NCBI GenBank assembly: GCA_029865985.1
Contig: JARXAF010000070.1
Coordinates: forward strand, 1-57,374
Source: Verrucomicrobiota bacterium
Lineage (GTDB): Bacteria > Verrucomicrobiota > Verrucomicrobiia > Limisphaerales > UBA9464
Reading direction: 5' to 3'
Length of the DNA stretch: 57,374 nt
In this document: positions 1-8,790 of the stretch, one piece after another
Position numbering within the stretch: position 1 is the stretch's first letter
Layout of the letters: every line of letters begins with the position of its first letter
Translations under genes and position numbers: made by a program
The notes under the pieces: model-generated
Told to the model about the DNA's origin: nothing
Databases searched by the model: none
What the model saw: only the letters and a program-made list of their open reading frames with translations

Positions 1-140
1 TCTTCGACTACATCGAAACCTTCTATAACCGCCAGCGCCGTCACACCTCCCTCCGAGGCCTTTCACCCACTCAGTTTGAACTCAAAAACAACTAACCAAT
101 AACCCCCTTTTTCTCTGTCCGTTTTATCGAAGCAGGCCCA
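1..140 (+). mobile_element. Right end of an IS3-family insertion sequence (truncated by window start)
   Basis: Transposase tail followed by a terminal-repeat-like end CTGTCCGTTTTATCGAAGCAGGCCCA (115-140). Its reverse complement starts TG, matching the IS3 5'-TG...CA-3' rule. Confidence 0.8.
3..95 (+). CDS. IS3-family transposase OrfB, C-terminal fragment (partial)
   Basis: Manual translation FDYIETFYNRQRRHTSLRGLSPTQFELKNN* matches the IS3 integrase-core tail YIExFYNxxRxHSxLxxxSP. Confidence 0.85.
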   Translation, partial: FDYIETFYNRQRRHTSLRGLSPTQFELKNN

Positions 141-226
141 CAGTGATGCCAACCATTTCACCTCCAGTCGGTTGCTTCGACTCGGTTGCCGATTGCCTTC
201 ACTGTCATCTGAGCCTACATCGGCGC

Positions 227-1138
227 ATGCGCTTCTCCCGTTGTTGTCACGCCTGGTTGATGAGTGTTGGGCTCCTGTGCGCTCAACTCTGGGCTGCGGC
301 CCCGACCCAACCTGTCCCGTTATGGCCTGGGGCAGCACCCGGCGACGGCGCCCCGAAGGAAACCGAGCGCGACCTCACCAAGCCCGGCGAAGGGTTGGTG
401 GCAGGACGCGGAGTCATCCGCCTAGGCAACGTCTGGAGCCCCACCCTGACCGTTTATAAACCCTCCCCTACCCTTGATACCGGAGCTTCGGTGCTGGTTT
501 GTCCGGGAGGTGGCTACCACATTCTCGCGCTGGATCTGGAAGGCACTGAAGTCTGTCAGTGGCTCAATTCCATTGGCGTGACCGGGGTCCTGCTCAAATA
601 CCGGGTGCCTCGCCGCGAAGGGCGTGAAAAGCATGAAGCCGCCCTTCAAGATGCCCAGCGCGCCTTGGGTCTGATGCGGCAGAACGCCGACAATTGGGGC
701 TTGGACCCCCAGCGAATGGGGGTTCTAGGGTTCTCGGCCGGCGGACACCTTGCGGCCGCCTTGAGCAACAACCACGGCACTCGCAGCTATCCCCCGGTGG
801 ATGCCGCCGACCGGAAATCGTGTCGTCCGGACTTTGCGATCCTCGTTTATCCGGCGTACCTGACCCAACCCGAGAAGGCCGATGCCGTGGCTCCCGAATT
901 GCCGATTTCCAACAACACACCGCCGACCTGGACCGTGATCACCCAAGATGACCCCGTGCGGGTGGAAAACGCCCTCGGTTACGTTTCAGCCCTCCAACGC
1001 AACCAGGTGCCGGCAGAATTCCACCTCTTTCCCAAGGGCGGACACGGCTACGGCCTGCGCCGAACCGACGTCCCCGTGACCCGTTGGACCGACCTGGCCA
1101 CCGAGTGGCTACAGCTAACCGTCCTCCGAAAACGGTGA
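227..1138 (+). CDS. Secreted alpha/beta hydrolase (carbohydrate esterase, BD-FAE/acetyl-xylan-esterase-like)
   Basis: Signal-peptide-like N-terminus; VCPGGGY oxyanion motif; GFSAGGH nucleophile elbow; DDPV acid; GGHGYG catalytic His. Start chosen at ATG 227 (ORF track starts at 143). Confidence 0.85.
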   Translation: MRFSRCCHAWLMSVGLLCAQLWAAAPTQPVPLWPGAAPGDGAPKETERDLTKPGEGLVAGRGVIRLGNVWSPTLTVYKPSPTLDTGASVLVCPGGGYHILALDLEGTEVCQWLNSIGVTGVLLKYRVPRREGREKHEAALQDAQRALGLMRQNADNWGLDPQRMGVLGFSAGGHLAAALSNNHGTRSYPPVDAADRKSCRPDFAILVYPAYLTQPEKADAVAPELPISNNTPPTWTVITQDDPVRVENALGYVSALQRNQVPAEFHLFPKGGHGYGLRRTDVPVTRWTDLATEWLQLTVLRKR

Positions 1139-1246
1139 CGGACTGGGGCCAAAACCCGAGTAACTCCCCTCTCAGTCTGTTGGGGGGATGCAGATAAACC
1201 GCAGGCGACAACTCGCCGGCCCTGCCCTACCTTCCGCGCCCGATCC

Positions 1247-4153
1247 ATGTCGGATTCCTCCGCCTCCATCTCTGTCCGAGTGCTGACCCGTCTTGCGCAG
1301 GTGATTGACCGGCGTCGGGCCTGGTTCGTCGCGCCGCAGCTCCTCCTCGCAGCCATTTGCGTCTGGTACACCGTCGCTCGACTGGAATTCAGCGTCGACC
1401 GGAACGACCTCGTCGGTTCAGACCAGGAATACCATCGGAACTTCCTGGAAATGAAACGTGAGTTTCCGAGTCAGGACGATTTGGTCGCCATCGTGGAGAG
1501 CGATCATCCGGAGAAGAACAGGCAATTTGTGGAACGACTGGGAGCCCGCCTCGATCGGGAATCCACCCAAGCTTCACCCACCAACTTGTTCACCGATGTG
1601 TTCTACAAGGGCGACCTGCCCCTGATGGGACGGAAGGCGTTGCTCTTTGTTCCGGAAGGCGACTTGAAGGAGATGCTCAAGGCCCTCCGCAGCTTCAGAC
1701 CCTTCATCGAACAATTCTCCAAGGCCACCAACCTGACGGAGGTCTTCCATCAGGTCAGCGTGCAAATCCGCTCGGCCGACCGATCCACCAATGCCTCCAA
1801 CGAATCCCTGATCGGAGCGCTTCCGGCCCTCGAACGCATTGTTCAACGCTGCCGCGAAAGCATGGGGCGCCCCGGAATCCCCCCCTCCCCCGGCGTGGAC
1901 GCCTTGTTTGGGGCCGGGCCTGAGGCGGAACGGGCCAAGTACGTCACCTTCGATCGGGGTCGTCTGTATCTGGTCAATGCCAAGGCGCGCCTGGCCACAT
2001 TGGAGGAAATCCCCAAGACCTCCCAAAGCTTCTGGGAACGATGGCTGGGGCGAACCCATACCAAGACACCCCAGGAACTGGAAGCTGACCTCAAGTGGCG
2101 GCAAGGCGAGTTGAACGAGGAGGCCGTCCACCGGTTCCGGGCGCTAATCGCTGAAACGGTCCAAGAAGTATCGGGCGTCAATGTGGGGCTGACCGGCGAA
2201 CCGGTTCTTGAGGTCGATGAAATGCAGCAATCCACGACGGACTCGACCTGGGCAACAATCATCTCCCTGGTCTTGTGCGCCCTGCTCTTCCTCATCGGAT
2301 ACAACCACCGCGGCCGACCGCAAAAGACCGTCGTCTCGCTGCTGGTCGGGCTCTGCTACACGATGGGCTACACCACCCTGGTGGTGGGCCATCTCAACAT
2401 CCTGACCATCACCTTCGCTCCGATGCTCATCGGGCTGGCCATCGACTTCGGAGTGCATCTGATCAGCCGATTCGAAGAGGAATTGAAACAAGGTGAGACG
2501 GCGTTCACGGCCATCAGCCGTGCGGTGGTCAACACCGGACAAGGCATCTTCACCGGCTGTTTCACCACGGCCGGCGCCTTCTTCGCCATGGCGCTCACCG
2601 ATTTCCGAGGCATCCAGGAAATGGGCATCATCACTGGTGGCGGCATGCTCATCTGCTTGGTCCCCATGATGACGTTGCTTCCGGCTCTCCTGCTGCGGGA
2701 GAAGGGCCTGAGGCGGGAAGAATCGGATCCACGGCCTGCTGAGCTGAATACCAACGGGTCGGCGTCACCCGACTGGCGGGAACGGACTGAACGCTTCTGG
2801 CTCGAACGCCCCTGGTGGGTGCTCGGTGCTGGAGTGGGCATTAGCGCGGTTTGCGCCGTGTATGCCTTGCGGGTGTCCTTCGACTACAACTTGCTCAACA
2901 TGCAGAGCGATGGGCTCTCGTCGGTGATCTTCGAAAAGAAATTGGTGGAAGCAGCCCGGGTGCGCAAAGACGGAGCCTCCGAGGAACGGGCGCAGGGCGT
3001 GTTGTTTGGAGCCGTGATGGTTCCCACCGTGGCCGAGGTGCCCGCGATCGAGGCCAAACTGAAGGCTTTGCCGACCGTAGCCGGGGTGGACTCGATGGGC
3101 CACTACCTCAACCAGGACGCCACCGAGCAGTTGAAGCTCATCCGTGAAATCCGGAAGGAAACCCGAACGATCCACTTCCCCGAAGTGGCCGACGGTCCGA
3201 TGGACCTCACTAGCTTCAGTCAACGCCTCTGGGGACTCCAAGGCCTTCTGGCCCTGGCGGCCGATGAGGTGCGCAAGTCCGCTCCGGAAGAAAAGGAACT
3301 GCTCAATAATCTCGGCTCACTGCGCGTGACCATTTCGGAATTGCGCTCAGCCATGTTCCGGGGCAATCGGGAAGCCAATGCCCGCCAATTGGGGCATTTC
3401 CAATACGCGCTCTTCCGCGACATCCGGGACACCTTTGACACCTTGCAGCAGCAGGATGATTCCGGTGGCCTCAAGGAGTCCGACTTACCACTGGTCCTTC
3501 GCAACCGATTCATTGGAATCACCGGAAAACAGCTGCTCTTGGTCTATCCCAAAGAGGATGTCTGGGAGCGAGGAGCTCAGGAAACCTTTGTCCGGGAAAT
3601 CAGTTCGGTGGTTCCGACCGCCACGGGAACCCCTGTCCAACTCTACCACTACACGGAGCTGCTCAAGGTTTCCTACATGGAGGCGGCCGGGTGGGCACTC
3701 GGCGCCATTATCTTGCTGGTTTTCATCCACTTCCATTCGCCCACTCGGGTAGCGCTATCGCTGCTACCCGTCGCCATCGGGGCACTCTGGATGGTGGGCT
3801 TCATGGGAATGACGGGCATCCCGTTCAATCCCGCCAATATCATGACCCTCCCACTGGTCATCGGGATTGGCGTCACCAACGGCATCCACATCTTGAATCG
3901 ATTCGCCGAGGAACGAACCCCTGCCATTCTGGGCAAGAGCACTGGAAAAGCGGTGCTGATCTCCGGCCTGACCACCATCGCGGGCTTCGGTAGCCTGATC
4001 ATTGCCGACCACCGCGGAATCCGTAGCCTGGGCTGGGTGATGGCCGTCGGAACAGCAACATGCATGATCGCTGCGATGACCCTCCTGCCGGCATTGCTGA
4101 CAATCCGGGAACGCTTCTCACGGAAGACGCCAACGGGAGCCGCCTCGAACTGA
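1247..4153 (+). CDS. MMPL/RND-family transporter, HpnN-like
   Basis: Two repeats of TM + large periplasmic domain + 5 TM; motifs GLAIDFGVHLISRF and GIGVTNGIHILNRF; LTGEPVL and TGTPV. Confidence 0.85.
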   Translation: MSDSSASISVRVLTRLAQVIDRRRAWFVAPQLLLAAICVWYTVARLEFSVDRNDLVGSDQEYHRNFLEMKREFPSQDDLVAIVESDHPEKNRQFVERLGARLDRESTQASPTNLFTDVFYKGDLPLMGRKALLFVPEGDLKEMLKALRSFRPFIEQFSKATNLTEVFHQVSVQIRSADRSTNASNESLIGALPALERIVQRCRESMGRPGIPPSPGVDALFGAGPEAERAKYVTFDRGRLYLVNAKARLATLEEIPKTSQSFWERWLGRTHTKTPQELEADLKWRQGELNEEAVHRFRALIAETVQEVSGVNVGLTGEPVLEVDEMQQSTTDSTWATIISLVLCALLFLIGYNHRGRPQKTVVSLLVGLCYTMGYTTLVVGHLNILTITFAPMLIGLAIDFGVHLISRFEEELKQGETAFTAISRAVVNTGQGIFTGCFTTAGAFFAMALTDFRGIQEMGIITGGGMLICLVPMMTLLPALLLREKGLRREESDPRPAELNTNGSASPDWRERTERFWLERPWWVLGAGVGISAVCAVYALRVSFDYNLLNMQSDGLSSVIFEKKLVEAARVRKDGASEERAQGVLFGAVMVPTVAEVPAIEAKLKALPTVAGVDSMGHYLNQDATEQLKLIREIRKETRTIHFPEVADGPMDLTSFSQRLWGLQGLLALAADEVRKSAPEEKELLNNLGSLRVTISELRSAMFRGNREANARQLGHFQYALFRDIRDTFDTLQQQDDSGGLKESDLPLVLRNRFIGITGKQLLLVYPKEDVWERGAQETFVREISSVVPTATGTPVQLYHYTELLKVSYMEAAGWALGAIILLVFIHFHSPTRVALSLLPVAIGALWMVGFMGMTGIPFNPANIMTLPLVIGIGVTNGIHILNRFAEERTPAILGKSTGKAVLISGLTTIAGFGSLIIADHRGIRSLGWVMAVGTATCMIAAMTLLPALLTIRERFSRKTPTGAASN

Positions 4154-4235
4154 CACGCCGGTCGAGTTCGAAGGACTCCCGTTTTTCAAAGACAGCACCC
4201 GGGCCTTAATTGTCGGCCTTAGTAGTCGGCATTCA

Positions 4236-4275
4236 AGCCGTCCAGCCGTCCCGCCGTCCAGCCGTCCAGCCGTCA
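4236..4275. repeat. Tandem 8-bp repeat (AGCCGTCC x5, two copies with one mismatch)
   Basis: AGCCGTCC AGCCGTCC CGCCGTCC AGCCGTCC AGCCGTCA; the last copy contains the sigma-factor stop codon. Confidence 0.85.
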
Positions 4276-5454
4276 GACCTCGGCCATCGCTTCGCGGGCC
4301 AGGAATCGGTCGCGGAGTTTGCGCAGTGCAGCGGCTTCCAACTGCCGGATCCGTTCGCGGGTCAGTCCGAAATCGGCCCCGATTTCCTCGAGCGTGCGAG
4401 GGTCGCCGCCTTCGAGTGCAAAACGCTGGTTGAGGATGACTTGCTCGCGGGCGTTGAGTGAACCCACCAGTTCGCGCATCAACTCGGCATTGCTCGATTC
4501 GCTGACACCGGCCCAAGGCATCACCGCCGATTCATCGGCAATCACATCGGCGATGCGATTGGATTCAGGATCGTTGCCAATCGGGGCGTCCAGAGAGGTC
4601 GCCCCGACGGCCGCAGCTTCGCGCCAGCGCCGGATGTCATCGACATCGGCTTCCAACTCTCCAGCCAGTTCCACATCGGTGGCAGGACGCCCCAACTCGG
4701 ATTCGAGGCGAACCTCAGCCTTCTTCATCCGGGCCAACTCCTGAACGATATGAATGGGCAGTCGGATGGATTTGGACTGATTGGACAGGGCCCGCTTGAT
4801 GGACTGCTTGATCCACCAGGCGGCATAGGTCGAGAGCTTGGCGCCGCGATCCGGGTCGAAGCGCTCCACCGCCCGCATCAAACCGATGTTGCCCTCGTTC
4901 ACCAAATCCAACAGGGGCAGACCGTAGTCTTCGTACTCACGGGCGATCTTGATGACCAATCGCAAATTGGCGCGGATCATGTGCTCGCGGGCCGCGTCAT
5001 CGCCCTTTTGGATGCGGCGGGCCAACTCGACCTCTTCCTTCGCGTTGAGCAGCGGGGTTTCCACAGCGTCGCGGAGGTAGAGTCTCAGGGAAGAATGTTC
5101 ATCCCAGACACCGCGACCCGCCGTGTCCGGCAGGCGTGTTTCACGCAAGTTGGAGGCCGGGATCGAATCGGACTCGACCTGAATCGGAAGCGAACGCGTC
5201 GTCGCCAGTGTTTCGACGGGGATGAGTGCCTCGCCAGGCGGCAACGGACTCCGCGGGACGTTGATTCGGGTCCGGTCGCCCACCACCGGCATGGGTGGCA
5301 ATGCGATCGGGCGTGTTCGCTTGGAGACGGCTGCCTTGCGTGAACGGCGAGGCTGCGCCTGGGTGGATGATTTCCGAGCCCGAAGTCCCTTGGCCGTGCG
5401 CGAGGTCGAGTGGGACTCTGTTCCGGGCCGCTTGGTCTTGAAATTCGTTTTCAT
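4273..5454 (-). CDS. Sigma-70 family RNA polymerase sigma factor (RpoD/RpoS-like, no region 1.1)
   Basis: Region 1.2 SLRLYLRDAVETPLL; region 2 NLRLVIKIAREY..DLVNEGNIGLMRAVERFDP..STYAAWWIKQ; region 4 RTLEEIGADFGLTRERIRQLE. Start likely ATG 5454. Confidence 0.9.
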   Translation of the reverse strand: MKTNFKTKRPGTESHSTSRTAKGLRARKSSTQAQPRRSRKAAVSKRTRPIALPPMPVVGDRTRINVPRSPLPPGEALIPVETLATTRSLPIQVESDSIPASNLRETRLPDTAGRGVWDEHSSLRLYLRDAVETPLLNAKEEVELARRIQKGDDAAREHMIRANLRLVIKIAREYEDYGLPLLDLVNEGNIGLMRAVERFDPDRGAKLSTYAAWWIKQSIKRALSNQSKSIRLPIHIVQELARMKKAEVRLESELGRPATDVELAGELEADVDDIRRWREAAAVGATSLDAPIGNDPESNRIADVIADESAVMPWAGVSESSNAELMRELVGSLNAREQVILNQRFALEGGDPRTLEEIGADFGLTRERIRQLEAAALRKLRDRFLAREAMAEV

Positions 5455-5796
5455 CTCTCTGGAAACGTTGGAGTCGCTTGAGGCGAATTTGTTCACTGGT
5501 TTCACCGGACTCATTCCAAGGGACACAGGTTTCACAGATTTGCCCCCCTGAGTCGGATCACATGCATGTTCAGCATACGCAGGGCCAATCGGCTTTTCGG
5601 CTGTTTTGTCTCAATAACCCTCCTTACTGACGGGCGTCTCATCCGAGACTGGGCCATTCAGCGTCATTTTGGCGCATCCTGTAAGAAGCCGAATCGCATT
5701 TCTGACCCGCACATTCGGCACACATCGGGCGCACATCGTCGGGTGCCGAAAGTCTGGCCTGCGCCCGAGGGACATGCTGAAATGACGGCCACTCCT

Positions 5797-6795
5797 ATGA
5801 AACAGATCGCTCCCTCCCGCGCACTGACCTATTCCTTGGTCTCGCTGCTGGCCTCTGCGCTGCCCACCCTCGCTGGTTCCTGGGTGACCTATGAACCGAA
5901 GGCCGGAACCGCCAACGGCAAGACCATCGTCCTGTTGAGCGGCGATGAGGAATATCGTTCCGAGGAAAGCTTGCCGCAGATGGGCAAGATCCTCAGCCAG
6001 AAGCATGGCTTCAAATGCACCGTGCTGTTCACCCAGGACGCCGATGGGACCATCAATCCCAACAACCAGACCAATATCCCGGGCATGAACTTGCTCGCTT
6101 CGGCCGATTTGGTGGTCAACCAATTCCGATTCCGCGAACTGCCCGATGCCGACATGGAGCACTTCGTCCGCTACCTCGACAGCGGCAAGCCGATGATGGT
6201 GGTCCGGACAGCGACCCACGCCTTCAATTACGAGCGCAACAAGCAGAGCCCCTATGCCTCCTACTCCTGGACGGCCAAGGGCGGCGGCTTTGGCGGTAAA
6301 ACGGTGGGTGAGACTTGGACCTACCACCACGGTCACCACGGCAAGGAAGCCACGCGCGGCGTGATCGACGGTCGCCATGCCAAGCACCCGATCTTGAACG
6401 GCGTGTTCGATGTGTTCGGCCCCAGCGATGTCTACGGCGTGAACCCCGACTTCCCGAAGGATGCGACCATCTTGATGCATGGTCAGGTTCTCACCGGCAT
6501 GCAACCCAACGACCCGCCGAACCTCACCAAGCCGGCCATGCCGCTCATCTGGCTGCGTGACTACAAGGGATCGTCCGGGCACACCTCTCAAATCCTCTGC
6601 ACCACGATCGGAGCCGCCACCGATTTGCGCAGCGAAGACCTCCGCCGACTCTTCGTCAACGCCGCCTACTCGCTCACCGGCTTGGAGGTCCCCAAGAAAG
6701 CCGATGTGACCCCGGTGGGCACCTTCGAGCCCTCCATGTTCGGCTTCAACACCTTCAAGAAGGGCGTGAAGGTCGAATCCCACGAACTGAAGTAA
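5797..6795 (+). CDS. Secreted ThuA-like (class I glutamine amidotransferase-like fold) protein
   Basis: Signal peptide; IVLLSGDEEYRSEESLP; FRELP; RTATHAF; HPILNGV; TTIGAATD motifs typical of ThuA-domain proteins. Confidence 0.75.
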   Translation: MKQIAPSRALTYSLVSLLASALPTLAGSWVTYEPKAGTANGKTIVLLSGDEEYRSEESLPQMGKILSQKHGFKCTVLFTQDADGTINPNNQTNIPGMNLLASADLVVNQFRFRELPDADMEHFVRYLDSGKPMMVVRTATHAFNYERNKQSPYASYSWTAKGGGFGGKTVGETWTYHHGHHGKEATRGVIDGRHAKHPILNGVFDVFGPSDVYGVNPDFPKDATILMHGQVLTGMQPNDPPNLTKPAMPLIWLRDYKGSSGHTSQILCTTIGAATDLRSEDLRRLFVNAAYSLTGLEVPKKADVTPVGTFEPSMFGFNTFKKGVKVESHELK

Positions 6796-6811
6796 CTCTG
6801 GATCGTTCGGA

Positions 6812-6855
6812 CCGAAGGGGAGAATACATTCACTTCTTGGAAACCTCCCCTTCGG
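6812..6855. terminator. Inverted repeat between convergent genes (terminator-like hairpin)
   Basis: CCGAAGGGGAG (6812-6822) and CTCCCCTTCGG (6845-6855) form a perfect 11-bp inverted repeat with a 22-nt spacer; no U-tract. Confidence 0.45.
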
Positions 6856-6864
6856 ACATTCCGA

Positions 6865-8688
6865 TCATGGATTCAGGCGGATCCGCCACAATTCGACGGA
6901 TTCGCCTGCGCCCAACTCGACAACCCGCTCCACCGAGCCATCGCCCTGAAGAATGCCCGGGGGTACCGAGTAAGTGCCGCTCAGTACAGTGGCCGTCACC
7001 GTCACCGTGGAAACGCCGGAGAGGGTCAGGCGCTCTAGGACATATCCCCGATCCCGTGGACCTCGGGTGCGAATCCGCACCAAGCCGCCCGAAAGCCTCT
7101 CGACCAGCAACGTGGGCTTCAAGGGTTCGACCGTCACCAACGCTTCAGCTCGCCAATTGGAGAGCAAATAACTGGGCTCGGTGGACACGATGCGGGCCAG
7201 GCAACGGTCTGGAGAAGCCGCTTCCGTGGGCCATGGGGCCACCGATCGGTAGTCCAGGTGTTCCACCACGTAGTAGGGCACGAATCCGGCATCCGGACGG
7301 GGCGGCAATTGGGGGGTATCAGGCCGAACGAGACTCACGCGTTCGCCTTCGGAGGCCAATTGCCCGGTGTAGGGCCCCAGCACCACCTGTGAATCGGACA
7401 AACTCAACAATCGGCGCACGGCCGCAGGATTGTTGGTGTTGGCCACGATCCATTTCGCACCCGGAGGCATGGCCTGCGGTTCTGCGAAGGCAAAACTGAT
7501 GCCGCCCTCGATGCGCCATCCATTGGTCGGATAGGCCGGGTCATACAAGGGCACCGTCTCGCTGGACACGTTCTGCAACTCCACGAACTCGATCTCCCCA
7601 GCCGGCGCGGCATATCGAACTCGACGAAAGACCACCGGTCCCAGGGCATGCGGCGTATTGGTCCCACCCAACCCCTGCCGAAAAATGTTCAACAGCAAAG
7701 GATCCATGGAATTGTCGATCCCGGTTCCCAACGTCATGCGCTGCATCAACAGCAACGGACCTTCTCCGTCCGGGTGTCGACCAAAGCTCACTCCATTCGG
7801 ACTGGCTGGAAATTCCTGAACATCTTCCCAGCGGAGAGGCGTGCCGGCGGTATCAGCGGACAGCAGCGTCACGATCCCACCTCGCGCGGCACCAAACGTG
7901 AAGGCCGTGCGACCGGCGGCCGGCTGGAGTGGGTTGAACTGATATTCGTAAATCATCCGGAAGCCGCGGGGTGGGATCACCGTTCCCGAAGGAATCCGGA
8001 AGCGAAACGGGTCGGCCAGATCATTGGAAAGAAACCACCCTCCCACGTCGATCGGCTGATCCGTGCGATTGAACAACTCCACCACGTCTTCCAACGGCGG
8101 ATCGGTATGGGTCAGCAATTCATTGATCACCACCCGGTTTTGCGGCCCCGCTCCAGCCAATCCGGGTGAGCCCAAGTATTCGGTGCTGGCGCGCCAATTG
8201 GAGGCGGCGCCGGAATCACCCGCCGGATCGATGATCTCCAAAGAACCGCCGTTACCGGCAGGCCGCACCGGCCAGCCCCCGTCGATTCCATATTTGATCT
8301 GGGCCAGCAAGGTTCCGTTGAAAGCGCCCAAGATGACGGATTCCCCTCCGTTGTTGAGGGCTCCGGAATAGGAACCAGGCACCAAACCAGGCACGGCTCC
8401 GTATCGCGATTTGAACAGGGCCGGGTTGCGACAAATCACCGCCCGAGCCTTGGCTTGCAGAAAAAACGGAGACGGAAACGTAAAGACAATGCCTGCGGAA
8501 AAACTCGCGCCCGAAAGATCCATGGGCAGTGACCCGGGGTTGAAGAGTTCGATGTATTCCGCTTCCGCATAGGCCGAGCCGCCCGGGGGTTCATACATCA
8601 TCTCGCTGATGACCACCGACTGCGCAGAGAGGTTGAGCGTCAACCCCAACAGGGTGACGAAGAGCGCCGAAATCCAATTCCTGTGCAC
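6865..8688 (-). CDS. Secreted lamin-tail-domain (LTD) repeat protein
   Basis: Signal peptide ending LSAQ; three LTD units (VVISEMMY..EYIELFN; VVINELLT..VVELFN; VVFRRVRY..EFVELQN). GTG 8688 preferred because TTG 8781 lies only 9 nt from the divergent eboE start. Confidence 0.8.
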   Translation of the reverse strand: MHRNWISALFVTLLGLTLNLSAQSVVISEMMYEPPGGSAYAEAEYIELFNPGSLPMDLSGASFSAGIVFTFPSPFFLQAKARAVICRNPALFKSRYGAVPGLVPGSYSGALNNGGESVILGAFNGTLLAQIKYGIDGGWPVRPAGNGGSLEIIDPAGDSGAASNWRASTEYLGSPGLAGAGPQNRVVINELLTHTDPPLEDVVELFNRTDQPIDVGGWFLSNDLADPFRFRIPSGTVIPPRGFRMIYEYQFNPLQPAAGRTAFTFGAARGGIVTLLSADTAGTPLRWEDVQEFPASPNGVSFGRHPDGEGPLLLMQRMTLGTGIDNSMDPLLLNIFRQGLGGTNTPHALGPVVFRRVRYAAPAGEIEFVELQNVSSETVPLYDPAYPTNGWRIEGGISFAFAEPQAMPPGAKWIVANTNNPAAVRRLLSLSDSQVVLGPYTGQLASEGERVSLVRPDTPQLPPRPDAGFVPYYVVEHLDYRSVAPWPTEAASPDRCLARIVSTEPSYLLSNWRAEALVTVEPLKPTLLVERLSGGLVRIRTRGPRDRGYVLERLTLSGVSTVTVTATVLSGTYSVPPGILQGDGSVERVVELGAGESVELWRIRLNP

Positions 8689-8790
8689 CCCCGGACGGTA
8701 ACGATTGGCGGAGAACTGGAAAGGACGGTTGAGATGCTTTCCCCAAACAGGGCTTTTGCTCCGAGGGAAGCCGGGGTTCAATCCTCAGGC

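Noticed and set aside
4145-4171. Hairpin at the end of the MMPL gene (TCGAACTGAC..GTCGAGTTCGA)
   Set aside because: Imperfect stem with the U-tract displaced about 10 nt; too weak to call a terminator.
5611-6783. 390-aa ORF antisense to the ThuA-like gene
   Set aside because: Shadow ORF with no motifs.
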